Below, in pieces: positions 36,690 to 45,880 of a stretch of DNA of 54,283 nucleotides (its first letter is position 1; every line of letters begins with the position of its first letter). The stretch covers positions 12,180-66,462 of the forward strand of contig CAYTRX010000001.1 in NCBI GenBank assembly GCA_964440365.1, read 5' to 3'. Under the pieces are notes generated by a model. The model was given only the letters and a program-made list of their open reading frames with translations, was not told the origin of the DNA and ran no database searches. The stretch is from an uncultured Gammaproteobacteria bacterium. GTDB lineage: Bacteria; Patescibacteriota; Patescibacteriia; Patescibacteriales; UBA12465. The position numbers and the translations under genes are program-made.

Positions 36690-37703
36690 TTATTTAAATA
36701 AGGTTTTAGCAAAATCCCAATATTCAGAATTATTGCCTAAACGATGCTTAAAATACCACCATTCAGCCCCCCATAAATAAGCTTTGGAAAAACCAGTGTT
36801 AATCGCAAATTGAGCATTAGCCTTGAACTGATCAACATTAAAAGACTTTTGATAAGTAGTATCATAAATGTTAGCAATATCTTGTTCTGGGATCCAGGGC
36901 TCAGCCTGTAATTCAATAATAAAAACCTTATCTTTTTCTAAACCAGCCATCTTCGCTTTTTTAGTATAAAAATATGTGGGATAAGGATATCTAATATAAC
37001 CGGTTAAAGAATTATAAACAACCCGATACATAGTGGTGCCAAAAATATCAGCTACCTTAGCTTCTTTTCGCCAAAAACTTAATTCTCCAGTCGCTGTAAT
37101 AATAATTGGCCGATCATCTAAAGTACGAACTAAAGCTATTTCTTTTTTCAAAAAAGAATAGTCTGCTGGCGGGCAAACACCAAAAGAATTTAATAAGGGC
37201 TCATTTTCAATTTGCCAATATTTAATAGATTTATATTTTTTAAAATGAGAAACACTAGCCTCTAACATTTTTAAAGTTTTATCTTGCAAAAGCTCTTTAT
37301 CATTTTTATTTATCCAGGGCGGAATATGACACTCCGGCCACCGAGCTACTCGCATACCAGTATTTAAAATAAATTCTACCCCCCGAGCCTCCCCCTCTTG
37401 AATTAAAAAATCATAATCTGAAAAATCAAAAACACCATTTTGTTTTTCTATTTGATCCCAATAAAGCGGAATACGAACCTGCTTAACATTTAACTCATCT
37501 AAAATATCAAGATAAGTCTCCTGCCAATCAAGTCCAATATTTTCCGCATATTTTTTTGAATAGGTTATGCCAAAAAAATCTTTTTTATAATTTAAATCTA
37601 TGACCGCTGGATAATTTTTAGCGCTCTTTAAAAAATAAGCAATTAAAGCTAAAGGGATAATTAAAAAAACCAACCACCAAAATAATTTTATTGTTTTTAT
37701 CAT
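36690..37703 (-). CDS. TIM-barrel glycoside-hydrolase-like protein (GH5/GH42-like), N-terminally membrane anchored
   Basis: N-terminal TM. VRIPLYWDQIEKQNGVFDFSDYDFLIQEGEARGVEFIL and WQIENEP (NEP catalytic-acid motif). The stop/start abuts the GT2 gene. Confidence 0.45.
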   Translation of the reverse strand: MIKTIKLFWWLVFLIIPLALIAYFLKSAKNYPAVIDLNYKKDFFGITYSKKYAENIGLDWQETYLDILDELNVKQVRIPLYWDQIEKQNGVFDFSDYDFLIQEGEARGVEFILNTGMRVARWPECHIPPWINKNDKELLQDKTLKMLEASVSHFKKYKSIKYWQIENEPLLNSFGVCPPADYSFLKKEIALVRTLDDRPIIITATGELSFWRKEAKVADIFGTTMYRVVYNSLTGYIRYPYPTYFYTKKAKMAGLEKDKVFIIELQAEPWIPEQDIANIYDTTYQKSFNVDQFKANAQFAINTGFSKAYLWGAEWWYFKHRLGNNSEYWDFAKTLFK

Positions 37704-37745
37704 ATATAATTATCTATAAGAAATTTTTAAAATAAAAATCTTATT

Positions 37746-38696
37746 TTAAATAGTGATAAAAAATAGACCTAGACCAATAAACAAAATAGCAATTATTTTT
37801 CTAATTAAAACTGGTCGAGAAATATCTTCTTTTAAAATTTTAGGAAAGAATATTGTAAAAAATATTCCCAGTATTAATAAAAAAGTATACTGAATTCCTT
37901 GTAGGGCATTAATCAGGGCAACCGGACCTAAAAAAACAGCATAATTTTGCATAACAAAACTAATTGATCCTAGAGCTTGATTAAAAACAACAAAACCTTT
38001 ACCAATTTTAGCTGGTGCCTTACTTTTCTTTTTAAAACTTTTAAATATCTCTTCACGGCTATCTCGATCTAATAAGAAAATCAAAACAACTAAGAGCCCG
38101 CCACCCCTAATCCAAATAAAAGCACTCCAAAACTCTTGTTCGGTATAAGCAATCTTGCTAGTAATAAAGGATAGGGAATATAATAAAGAAGAAACAATGG
38201 CCAAAAATATCCATCTTTTTTTATAAGTTCCAGTAAAAACAGTTAAGAGCCTTTTAAAAAAAACTGAGGTTTTTTTACGACGAGAAAGTAAAAATCCAAT
38301 AATAAACATTCCGATCAATAAACAAACAAAACCTAAGTATTGGGTAGCAGTATAAGTCTCTTTAAAAATAATTAAAGAAAAAAGCATACTAAAAATTGGA
38401 ATAATACCACCGATTACCACCACCACTCGCGAAGCTTCACCTCTTTTTAAAGCCTCATACATTGACCAAATAGCAAAAACAAAAAAAGAACCCGAAAGAG
38501 TGTTCAATAAAAATAAATTTAAGCCCGGCCATTTCAAAAACCAAGGAGCTAAAAGAAAAACTAAAGCGGAAAGAACAGTTACAATAAAAGCATAAGCTTT
38601 ACTACTGGGTAATAATTTATCAACCACAAACTTATCACCCAAGTTAACAATAGCCAACATTAAATATGAAATTATAGTTAAATTTAACCAAGTCAT
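37746..38696 (-). CDS. DMT/EamA-like 10-TM membrane protein
   Basis: Two internally similar halves of about 5 TM helices, with no soluble domains. Confidence 0.4.
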   Translation of the reverse strand: MTWLNLTIISYLMLAIVNLGDKFVVDKLLPSSKAYAFIVTVLSALVFLLAPWFLKWPGLNLFLLNTLSGSFFVFAIWSMYEALKRGEASRVVVVIGGIIPIFSMLFSLIIFKETYTATQYLGFVCLLIGMFIIGFLLSRRKKTSVFFKRLLTVFTGTYKKRWIFLAIVSSLLYSLSFITSKIAYTEQEFWSAFIWIRGGGLLVVLIFLLDRDSREEIFKSFKKKSKAPAKIGKGFVVFNQALGSISFVMQNYAVFLGPVALINALQGIQYTFLLILGIFFTIFFPKILKEDISRPVLIRKIIAILFIGLGLFFITI

Positions 38697-38701
38697 AAAA
38701 A

Positions 38702-39583
38702 TTAAAAATATTTTCTTTGCCTAATGGCTTCATATATAATTATAGCAACGCTAACTGAAACATTCAAGGAATCCACGCCACTAATCATTGGAATTTTTAT
38801 CTGCTCCACTTGACCCTTAAGCCATAAATCACTAAGGCCAAAAGCCTCGCTCCCAAAAACAATTGCTGTCCCTAATTTAAAATCAATTTCAAAATGATTT
38901 TTTTCAGCTGACAAAGAAGTAGTTAATATTTTAATATTTTCTTTTTTTAGCCATTTAATGGTATCAGAAACCGAACTTAAAACCAAAGGCATTGAAAAAA
39001 TAAAACCAGTGCTAGAACGAATAACATTGGGGCTATATAAATCTGTTTTTTGATCATTTAAAATAATTAAATCAACACCAGAAGCATAAGCTGTCCTAAT
39101 AATTGCTCCTAAATTACCGGGTTTTTCTACTGATTCCAAAACCACCACTAAAGGATTTTTCTTTAATTTTAAATCAGAAAATTTTTGGTATTTAACTTGA
39201 CTTAAAGCTAAAAAACCATCTGGATTTTTCTTATAAGAAACTTTTTCAAAAGCAGCCGGAGATAAAGAAATAAGATGATTAGCTTTTTCTTTTATTTTAA
39301 CAAAGGCCGAGCGATCTTTTTCTATAATAAATTTTTCACAAAAATAAAATTCATCAATTGACCAAGAATTTTTTAAAGCCTCTTCAATTTCTCGACAACC
39401 ATCAATTACGATAATATTTTCTGTCTGCCGAAACTTAGCATCTTTACTTAATTTAAATAAACGTTTAACTTTTTGATTAGCCAAACTACTAATTTCTTCT
39501 ATTTTTTTCTTAAAAATTTTTTTACTTTTCTTTTCTTCAATAAAAGAAGATTTTGTTTTAAATTTTTTTATATCTTTTTTCAT
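38702..39583 (-). CDS. SpoU/TrmH-family RNA 2'-O-methyltransferase
   Basis: LESVEKPGNLGAIIRTAYASGVDLIIL, IVFGSEAFGLS and IPMISGVDSLNVSVSVAIIIYE motifs. I prefer the start at MKKDIKKF (ATG 39581-39583), which avoids overlap with the upstream gene. Confidence 0.8.
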   Translation of the reverse strand: MKKDIKKFKTKSSFIEEKKSKKIFKKKIEEISSLANQKVKRLFKLSKDAKFRQTENIIVIDGCREIEEALKNSWSIDEFYFCEKFIIEKDRSAFVKIKEKANHLISLSPAAFEKVSYKKNPDGFLALSQVKYQKFSDLKLKKNPLVVVLESVEKPGNLGAIIRTAYASGVDLIILNDQKTDLYSPNVIRSSTGFIFSMPLVLSSVSDTIKWLKKENIKILTTSLSAEKNHFEIDFKLGTAIVFGSEAFGLSDLWLKGQVEQIKIPMISGVDSLNVSVSVAIIIYEAIRQRKYF

Positions 39584-39584
39584 T

Positions 39585-40811
39585 TTAAATATTCTTCTTT
39601 TTGTTTTTATAAGCAAAAAACCAAGATGCAATAAAAGTGCTAAGAGGAACCGATAAAATTAAACCTAAGGAACCGCTCAAAGCTCGAGCAATCTCAGTGC
39701 TGATAGCTTCATTATTTAAAATTTGCTCCACACTAGTAAAAGGATTATCTGGACTAACAAATAAAATTAAAAGGGGCAAAGAAGCACCAGCGTAAGCTAG
39801 AAATAAAGTATTGGTCATTGAGCTAATATGAGAAACACCAATTTTATAAGCTTTAGAAAAAACTTCGCGCCAACTTTGATGGGGATTAGCTTGAAAAAGT
39901 TGTTCCACTGAAGCAATTTGAGAAATAATAACATCATCTAAAACACCCAAAGAACCAATTATCATTCCCGCTAATAACATTCCTTTAAGGTTGAGAGATT
40001 GTTGACCAATATTTATTAAAGCAAAAACATCCTCATTAAAAGCTCCGTTCAATCGAAGTAAAAAAATAAAAAGAGAAGAAATTCCTAAAACCAATAATAA
40101 ACTGATAAACATTGAAAAACTGGCTAAATGAGATTTTAAATTTATTCCTTCAGTTAAATAAACAATTAAAAACAAAATAAATAAGGAGCCTAAAGAACTT
40201 ATTAAAACCGGATTGGCTCCTTTCATAATTTGGGGAATAATAAAAAATATAATAACAATAAAGGTTAAAAATAGTGATAAAATAGATCGCAAACCTTTAA
40301 AGCGTCCCACTAAAAACAAACATATTATAAAAATAAGTGAAATTAAAATTAAATTATTAGTTCGGACATAGTCAGTAATATAATAAGAGAAGGAATCATT
40401 TTCAGAAGATCTAGTTGCTACCACTAAAACTTTATCTCCAGGAGAATATTTTTGTGCTCCAATTAATTCTAAATCAGAAATACCATAAAAAATAAATTCT
40501 TTATTTTTGAACTCAGACTCTAAACCAATCAACTTAAGATTTTGCTGAATTACTTTTTTTCCTGAAGCTTCTTTTTCTTCCTCAACTATTATTTCTAAAA
40601 CCTTCGCTTTAAAAATAATATCTTGACTCTTATCCTGTTCTTCTGTTTTTTTATTAGTATCAATATTGTCCTGATTTATATTATCCTGATTTATATTTTT
40701 CGAAGTCTCCTCTTTCTCAGTATCATTTGAAATAAAATTGGAGGCCAAAGAAATATTTGGTAAAAAAAATAAAGTTAATAATAAAGAAAATAAGGTAAGT
40801 TTTTTAAACAT
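39585..40811 (-). CDS. YibE/F-family membrane protein
   Basis: Signal/TM, then a soluble N-terminal domain, then about 7 TM helices with a GVLDDVIISQIASV-type motif characteristic of YibE/F. Confidence 0.6.
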   Translation of the reverse strand: MFKKLTLFSLLLTLFFLPNISLASNFISNDTEKEETSKNINQDNINQDNIDTNKKTEEQDKSQDIIFKAKVLEIIVEEEKEASGKKVIQQNLKLIGLESEFKNKEFIFYGISDLELIGAQKYSPGDKVLVVATRSSENDSFSYYITDYVRTNNLILISLIFIICLFLVGRFKGLRSILSLFLTFIVIIFFIIPQIMKGANPVLISSLGSLFILFLIVYLTEGINLKSHLASFSMFISLLLVLGISSLFIFLLRLNGAFNEDVFALINIGQQSLNLKGMLLAGMIIGSLGVLDDVIISQIASVEQLFQANPHQSWREVFSKAYKIGVSHISSMTNTLFLAYAGASLPLLILFVSPDNPFTSVEQILNNEAISTEIARALSGSLGLILSVPLSTFIASWFFAYKNKKKNI

Positions 40812-40835
40812 AAATTTTTACTTACATTTCTCTAC

Positions 40836-42179
40836 TTACATGGTCTTAAGATCATCACTCTCCTTAACTTCACCCCGCAAAAGAAGACTCTCAATATTAT
40901 AAGTACCCATTTTTGAAGCATTTAAAAACCCTTGCATCGCTGCTTCAGCTAACCAGCCTGATTCTAAAAAATCAAATAACCACTCAGCTACATATTTTGG
41001 ATTTTTACTATCAATTCCTGCTCCAATTCCTAAAAGCCAACGACGATTATAATGTTCTTGTGAACCAATCGGTTCTGCCATAATAATAGGAAGGCCTAAA
41101 CCACTATAAAAACTTAATTCTGATGGCTTGGTCCACAAAACATCAGTATGACGTAAAGACTGATTAAAATCTTTAAAATATTCTAATTTGCTTTTACTAT
41201 ATATAATTCTAATATTCTCACAATCTTGAAGAGAGGTCTTAACTAAAACTTTTTGAAAAAAATCTCGAACCTCCGGACGTGAACCAGCAATAATATTTAT
41301 TCTCATTTTTCCTTGTTTTATTTTATCCTTTAATCCCTCAACTAAAGTAGCACCTAATTTTTTTTGAGCTCCTGCTCCACCAACCGCAAAAGATAAAGTA
41401 AAAGGACGATCCGCTTCTTTAATATCATCAACCTTACATAAGTATGCATCAATCAATTTTCCATATTTATTTCGATAATGTTTATTTGGATCTAATACGG
41501 CTAATCTTTTAATTAAATCTTCTCTGACAATTTCCTGATTAGCCCCGACATTTTCTTTTGGCAAAGGAAAACCAGTAACATAAATATTTTGTGGCTTCAC
41601 ACCATAAAGCATTAATCTTTCTTTTACTCTCTGGTTCGGTGCTAAATATTTAGTATTACTTTTTTTGGGGTCTATTGGCGCCCAAGAACGAGAAATATCA
41701 GCATCACAAACTACACAATAAATATCCCCTTTATAATTATAATATTCGGCAGCATAAACTGAAACAAAAAAAGTAGTTAAAAGTGGTAATGGTTTTTCGT
41801 TCAATTGTTTAATCAAGTTTTTACTTAAACCATTTTTAACTTTTTTAAAAAAAACTTTTTGTTGTATGGTTGAGCGAGATAAATCTCGACGTGGATAAAA
41901 TGGTAAAATTCTTTGAAAGTAATCCATTGCTGAAAAAACTAAATCACCCAAAACTGGAAAATCTTTAAAACTAGAAATAGCCTCATAAGAAGCTCGATCA
42001 TTTTTCCAAGTACGAACTTCTTTTTTAGTTGCTCCCTGATAATTATTGGCTGTTATAACATCTCCATAGCAAGAATCAAAAAAGGGATAAGCTGCTCTTT
42101 GGTGTCCATATCCCATATCAACAGAAACTAAATAAAAAGTTTTTTCTTTATTATTTTTTTCTAAACTTTCTTTATTCAT
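40836..42179 (-). CDS. GT-B glycosyltransferase, MGDG-synthase/GT28-like
   Basis: N-terminal VSVDMGYGHQRAA (G.GH..AA loop) and C-terminal WTKPSELSFYSGLGLPIIMAEPIGSQEHYNRRWLLGIGAG. The latter resembles the KPGG.T..E....P.....PGQE..N signature. Confidence 0.5.
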   Translation of the reverse strand: MNKESLEKNNKEKTFYLVSVDMGYGHQRAAYPFFDSCYGDVITANNYQGATKKEVRTWKNDRASYEAISSFKDFPVLGDLVFSAMDYFQRILPFYPRRDLSRSTIQQKVFFKKVKNGLSKNLIKQLNEKPLPLLTTFFVSVYAAEYYNYKGDIYCVVCDADISRSWAPIDPKKSNTKYLAPNQRVKERLMLYGVKPQNIYVTGFPLPKENVGANQEIVREDLIKRLAVLDPNKHYRNKYGKLIDAYLCKVDDIKEADRPFTLSFAVGGAGAQKKLGATLVEGLKDKIKQGKMRINIIAGSRPEVRDFFQKVLVKTSLQDCENIRIIYSKSKLEYFKDFNQSLRHTDVLWTKPSELSFYSGLGLPIIMAEPIGSQEHYNRRWLLGIGAGIDSKNPKYVAEWLFDFLESGWLAEAAMQGFLNASKMGTYNIESLLLRGEVKESDDLKTM

Positions 42180-42317
42180 ATATTTAATTTTAATATTTTA
42201 ACAAAGTGTACACAACTTATCCACTATTTTATTTTGGCTAATATTAGCTAAAAACAATACCATAAAAAAGTACTTGTCCACAAATATCTGGACTTATCTT
42301 TGTGGTGGACCTAGTAG

Positions 42318-42391
<74 letters not shown>

Positions 42392-42497
42392 AAAAAATTT
42401 TAATGTTTTTATAAAATAAAAACATTAAAAAATATTTATAGAAAATTTTATAGAGAATTTAAATCCTTATAAAAAAGATAGTTTTAATTAATAAAAA

Positions 42498-42635
42498 TTA
42501 TCTTTCTAATAAAGCAGTAATTATATAAGAAATTGTTTTCCAACAAAAAGAAAAAGCAATTAAAAATCCTAAAATAAAACCAATAACTAATGTTAAAAAA
42601 TCACTACTAATTTTGATACTCTTATTATCTTTCAT
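42498..42635 (-). CDS. Possible 45-aa single-TM micro-protein between the two tRNAs
   Basis: My own translation: MKDNKSIKISSDFLTLVIGFILGFLIAFSFCWKTISYIITALLER. It is below the ORF-track cutoff and has no other support. Confidence 0.25.
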   Translation of the reverse strand: MKDNKSIKISSDFLTLVIGFILGFLIAFSFCWKTISYIITALLER

Positions 42636-42726
42636 AATAAAAAAATATTAATTTTTAATAAAATAATTAAATTATATTACATCACTATTATATATTATTT
42701 TTTATAAAAACACAAATAGAAAAAAG

Positions 42727-42798
42727 TGTCCCCACTACGAATCGAACGTAGATTTAGAACTTAGGAGATTCTCGTTTTATCCATTAAACTATGGGGAC
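42727..42798 (-). tRNA. tRNA-Arg (anticodon CCT)
   Basis: The reverse complement GTCCCCATAGTTTAATGGATAAAACGAGAATCTCCTAAGTTCTAAATCTACGTTCGATTCGTAGTGGGGACA folds as a cloverleaf. The anticodon loop is CTCCTAA. Confidence 0.85.
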
Positions 42799-42956
42799 TA
42801 AAAAATATAATTTTAATAAAAAATAAAAGCTTAAATTTAAATTATAAAAAATTTAAACTAAAAATATGATAAAACAATTTCCCAAAAAATTCAAATATTT
42901 TTAAAATAAAAATTTTAAATTTTAATTATATAAAATTTAATAGAGTAAAAAAATTT

Positions 42957-42985
42957 TTGACAAATATGAAATATTTTTGTAAAAT
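42957..42985 (+). promoter_or_regulatory. Consensus-like sigma-70 promoter for the bactofilin operon
   Basis: TTGACA (42957-42962), 17 nt spacer, TAAAAT (42980-42985). Confidence 0.45.
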
Positions 42986-43060
42986 TATAAATAGAAATAT
43001 AATAAAAATAAAGTAAATTATTATATTTTTAAATTATTATTTAATATTAATTTAAAAAAT

Positions 43061-43489
43061 ATGTTTAAAAAAGAAAGTAATTTAAGTAATTTTAATGAAG
43101 CCGAAACCATTATCGGTGAATCAGTTCAAGTTAAAGGTAATTTTGAAAGTAATGGCAATATTATTGTCAATGGTATATTAAATGGCACTATCAAAACCAA
43201 GGGCTCTATTTTAATTGGCGATAAAGCCAAGGTGTCAGCTAATGTATCAGCTGAAGAAATTAGCGTTAGAGGACAAATTACTGGAAACTTAGATATTAAT
43301 GGCTATATCGCCATTGGTTCATCAGCTAAAATATTCGGTGATATTGAATGTTCTCAAATTTCTGTTGAAAGAGGAGCTGAGATCAACGGAAAAGTTGTTA
43401 TTAATAATTCAAAAAATAATAATCGAAAAGAAAAATTAAGTGAAAAAAATATTGAAAAAATTGAAGAAATCGAGAATATAAATGAATAA
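43061..43489 (+). CDS. Bactofilin (polymer-forming cytoskeletal protein, DUF583 beta-helix)
   Basis: ETIIGESVQVKGNFESNGNIIVNGILNGTIKTKGSILIGDKAKVSANVSAEEISVRGQITGNLDINGYIAIGSSAKIFGDIECSQISVERGAEINGKV is the typical repetitive bactofilin core. Confidence 0.8.
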   Translation: MFKKESNLSNFNEAETIIGESVQVKGNFESNGNIIVNGILNGTIKTKGSILIGDKAKVSANVSAEEISVRGQITGNLDINGYIAIGSSAKIFGDIECSQISVERGAEINGKVVINNSKNNNRKEKLSEKNIEKIEEIENINE

Positions 43490-43491
43490 TT

Positions 43492-44211
43492 ATGAATATA
43501 TTTATTTATGATACCTTCTTAGATAAATATAAAAGAAAAGTTAGATTAGTCGAAGAAAAATTAAATGAACTAAAACTTCAAGGTAAAATTATTTATCTAA
43601 GAGATATTAAAAACCTAAAAGACTCCATTAATAATGAAATGCAGATGGGGGCTAAAACAATTGTTGCTCTAGGAAATAATGAAACAATAAATAAAATTGT
43701 TAATGTTTTGGCTAATATTAGCGAAAAAATACCATTAGCAATTATTCCTATTGGTAAAAATAATTCAATAGCCAAATCTTTAGGTGTGTTAAACGAAAAG
43801 GATGCTTGCTATATTCTTTCTGGTCGTCGAATAGAAAAAGTTAGACTAGCTCAAGCCTCTTCTTCTTTTTTTATTAATAATGCTAGAATAAAAAATAAAA
43901 GGACAAAAATATCGGTTGATAATGCTTATGAAATAAGTTCTAAAAATAATGGAGAATGTTTTATTTTAAATCTTCCACCGCAAAAACAACTTTTTGATTA
44001 TATTAAAATAGATCCGCAAGACGAAATTTTAAATATTTATATTGAATCAGGACCAAAAAGCAAAACTCATTTTTTATCAAAAAATATAAAAATTAAAAAT
44101 GAAAAAGAAAGATTAATATTAGATGACTCTAAAGAAATAGATTGTCCAGTAGAATTATCAGTATCTGATAAAAGTATTAATTTTATAGTAGGAAGGGAAA
44201 GAAAATTTTAA
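43492..44211 (+). CDS. Diacylglycerol-kinase/YegS-like lipid kinase fold protein with a degenerate nucleotide loop
   Basis: IVALGNNETINKIVNVL...PLAIIPIGKNNSIAKSLGV aligns by eye to the GGDGT....V.N.L....PLGIIP.GT.NDFAR.LG pattern, but GGDGT is replaced by GNNET. It starts 3 nt after the bactofilin stop. Confidence 0.5.
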   Translation: MNIFIYDTFLDKYKRKVRLVEEKLNELKLQGKIIYLRDIKNLKDSINNEMQMGAKTIVALGNNETINKIVNVLANISEKIPLAIIPIGKNNSIAKSLGVLNEKDACYILSGRRIEKVRLAQASSSFFINNARIKNKRTKISVDNAYEISSKNNGECFILNLPPQKQLFDYIKIDPQDEILNIYIESGPKSKTHFLSKNIKIKNEKERLILDDSKEIDCPVELSVSDKSINFIVGRERKF

Positions 44212-44243
44212 TAAACCAAAATAATATAGATTTAAATATTAAA

Positions 44244-44273
44244 AAACAATACCTATTAGGAATTGTTTTTTTT
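44244..44273 (+). terminator. Rho-independent terminator after the bactofilin/DAGK-like operon
   Basis: AAACAATACC / GGAATTGTTT stem (one mismatch) followed by an 8-T run. Confidence 0.55.
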
Positions 44274-44316
44274 ATTAATATAAAACATAAAACAAAAAAA
44301 TAAATCAATTAATCAT

Positions 44317-44332
44317 TGTTCTGCGTAGAACA
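44317..44332. repeat. Palindrome copy R1, TGTTCTGCGTAGAACA
   Basis: Read directly from the sequence. It is a member of the 8-copy family with consensus TGTTCTRCGNRGAACA. Confidence 0.9.
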
Positions 44333-44361
44333 TTATTAATTAAATTTATTTTATACTTTAA

Positions 44362-44377
44362 TGTTCTGCGTGGAACA
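44362..44377. repeat. Palindrome copy R2, TGTTCTGCGTGGAACA
   Basis: Read directly. It is followed by a T-run. The left flank TTATTTTATACTTTAA is shared (inverted) with R5. Confidence 0.9.
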
Positions 44378-44537
44378 TTTTTTATTTAATAATTATCACG
44401 GAAAAATAAAGTTGTTTATTTTAAATTGATTAGTCCTGGCTATACTGAACCGGTAGGCATATGGAAAATTAACAACTGATATTTTAAATTTATCGCCGAT
44501 ATGTTATTATAAATTCATAATATCAATTAATAAATCT

Positions 44538-44870
44538 ATGTCTAATAAAAAATTAGAGATCAAAGCTGGTTCAAGAAGAAAGAAAAGCTATACAGCGCAG
44601 TTTAAGCTCGACAGAGCTCTCGATGCTATTAAGGGAAATGTAGCCGAAATAGCTAGAAAATATGATTTGAATGTCAATTTGCTCTATCTTTGGCGTGATC
44701 AGCTTATCGAGAGAGGTCCTCAAGTCTTTGAAACCACCCCTGATCAGGTTGTTGGTGAACTAAAAACTAAAGTAGCCAGACTGGAACAAATGCTTGGTAA
44801 AAAGGAAGTGGAATTAAGTTTGCTAAAAAATTTTTCAGATTTTTACTCATCCCGAAACACGTCATCATAG
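44538..44870 (+). CDS. IS3-family transposase OrfA (HTH DNA-binding part)
   Basis: YTAQFKLDRALDAIKGNVAEIARKYDLNVNLLYLWRDQL (HTH_Tnp_1-like) followed by a leucine-zipper-like coiled coil. Confidence 0.85.
   Translation: MSNKKLEIKAGSRRKKSYTAQFKLDRALDAIKGNVAEIARKYDLNVNLLYLWRDQLIERGPQVFETTPDQVVGELKTKVARLEQMLGKKEVELSLLKNFSDFYSSRNTSS
44825..44831 (+). promoter_or_regulatory. Programmed -1 ribosomal frameshift heptamer A_AAA_AAT
   Basis: In the orfA frame the codons are cta-aaa-aat (L K N). A -1 slip enters the orfB frame, which is open from here to 45763. Confidence 0.6.
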
Positions 44871-45763
44871 AATTTGCCAGGTCTCAAGTTTCTTCTGGTA
44901 TATTTAGTATTAATCGTATTTGTCAGCTCTGTGGAATATCTAAGAATACCTACTACCAGCATAAACACCCCAATGAAAGATTTACTGATAAATTCGAACA
45001 TATCAAAACTAATGTTAAGAAAATAATTATTAATAATAGTGCTTATGGAGTAAAGCGAATAAAACAAGCACTTTTAGATAAATACGGGATAGAAATTGGC
45101 CGAGATACCCTAGGCAGACTGTTAAAGCTATGGAGTTTAGGACTTAGAAGAAAGTTACGCACCTCAAAAAAGAGCGTTATTAAAGAAATTATTGAAGTAT
45201 TGGCCGATAGAGTCAATTTAATGATTAGATTAAGAATTATTACTCCATTTCAGGCGATGACCTCAGATATCACAGAAATAATTTACAATCATGGTCAAAG
45301 CAAGGCATATCTGGCGGTACATAAGGATGTTTTGGGACAAATGGTTTATGGCCATGAAGTTGGTGAAACTATGGAGGCTAAATTGGTTATTAGTTCATTT
45401 AAAAAGGCTGTAATAACTATTAAAAAATTAATTAAAAAAATACCGAATGAATTTTTATGTCATTCAGATCAGGGCTCACAATTTACTAGTTATGAATATG
45501 TTGAAGAAGTTTTAAGGAATAATATTATCCTGTCGTATTCAACACCAGGCACACCCACGGAAAATCCAGGACAAGAATCTTTCTTTGGTCGATTAAAAGA
45601 TGAGTGTAAGGCTGAATTTTTAGAAATGGAAACATTGGATAAACTAAAAAAACTGATTTCCAAAAAAATCAGTTACTACAACAACGAGCGACTTCATACT
45701 AGTCTTAATCTAAAATCACCAAAAAAATATACGTTAAATTTTATTAAAAATTTTTCCAAATAA
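44825..45763 (+). CDS. IS3-family transposase OrfB (DDE catalytic domain), expressed as an OrfAB fusion by -1 frameshift
   Basis: My own translation of the -1 frame from the slippery site has no stops (KKFFRFLLIPKHVIIEFARSQVSSGIFSINRICQLCGISKNTYY...). It joins the track ORF 45200..45763. DDE-type motifs are MTSDITEI, CHSDQGSQFTSYEY and YYNNERLHTSL. Confidence 0.8.
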   Translation, partial: KKFFRFLLIPKHVIIEFARSQVSSGIFSINRICQLCGISKNTYYQHKHPNERFTDKFEHIKTNVKKIIINNSAYGVKRIKQALLDKYGIEIGRDTLGRLLKLWSLGLRRKLRTSKKSVIKEIIEVLADRVNLMIRLRIITPFQAMTSDITEIIYNHGQSKAYLAVHKDVLGQMVYGHEVGETMEAKLVISSFKKAVITIKKLIKKIPNEFLCHSDQGSQFTSYEYVEEVLRNNIILSYSTPGTPTENPGQESFFGRLKDECKAEFLEMETLDKLKKLISKKISYYNNERLHTSLNLKSPKKYTLNFIKNFSK

Positions 45764-45864
45764 TTTGCCGAATAACAGTTCAGTATTTCTAGGGATTGAC
45801 AAAATAAATTTTTTTTTATAAATATTAAGCTTTATTCATTAATATTGTTTTTATCTCCATATAA

Positions 45865-45880
45865 TGTTCTACGTAGAACA
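45865..45880. repeat. Palindrome copy R3, TGTTCTACGTAGAACA
   Basis: Perfect palindrome. It extends to the 20-bp AATGTTCTACGTAGAACATT at 45863-45882. Confidence 0.9.

Larger units (their letters stand above)
44427..45801 (+). mobile_element. Intact IS3-family insertion sequence (1375 bp)
   Basis: Imperfect terminal inverted repeats begin TG and end CA. The left end reads TGATTAGTCCTGGCTATACTGAAC, the right end GTTCAGTATTTCTAGGGATTGACA, with a shared ATACTGAAC core. A 4-bp direct repeat AAAT flanks the element at 44423-44426 and 45802-45805. Two transposase frames are linked by a slippery heptamer. The element is visibly less AT-rich than its surroundings. Confidence 0.85.

Noticed and set aside
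44843-45067. Minus-strand 74-aa ORF inside the IS element
   Set aside because: It is antisense to the open -1 transposase frame, and IS3 elements are not known to need such a product. It is most likely spurious.
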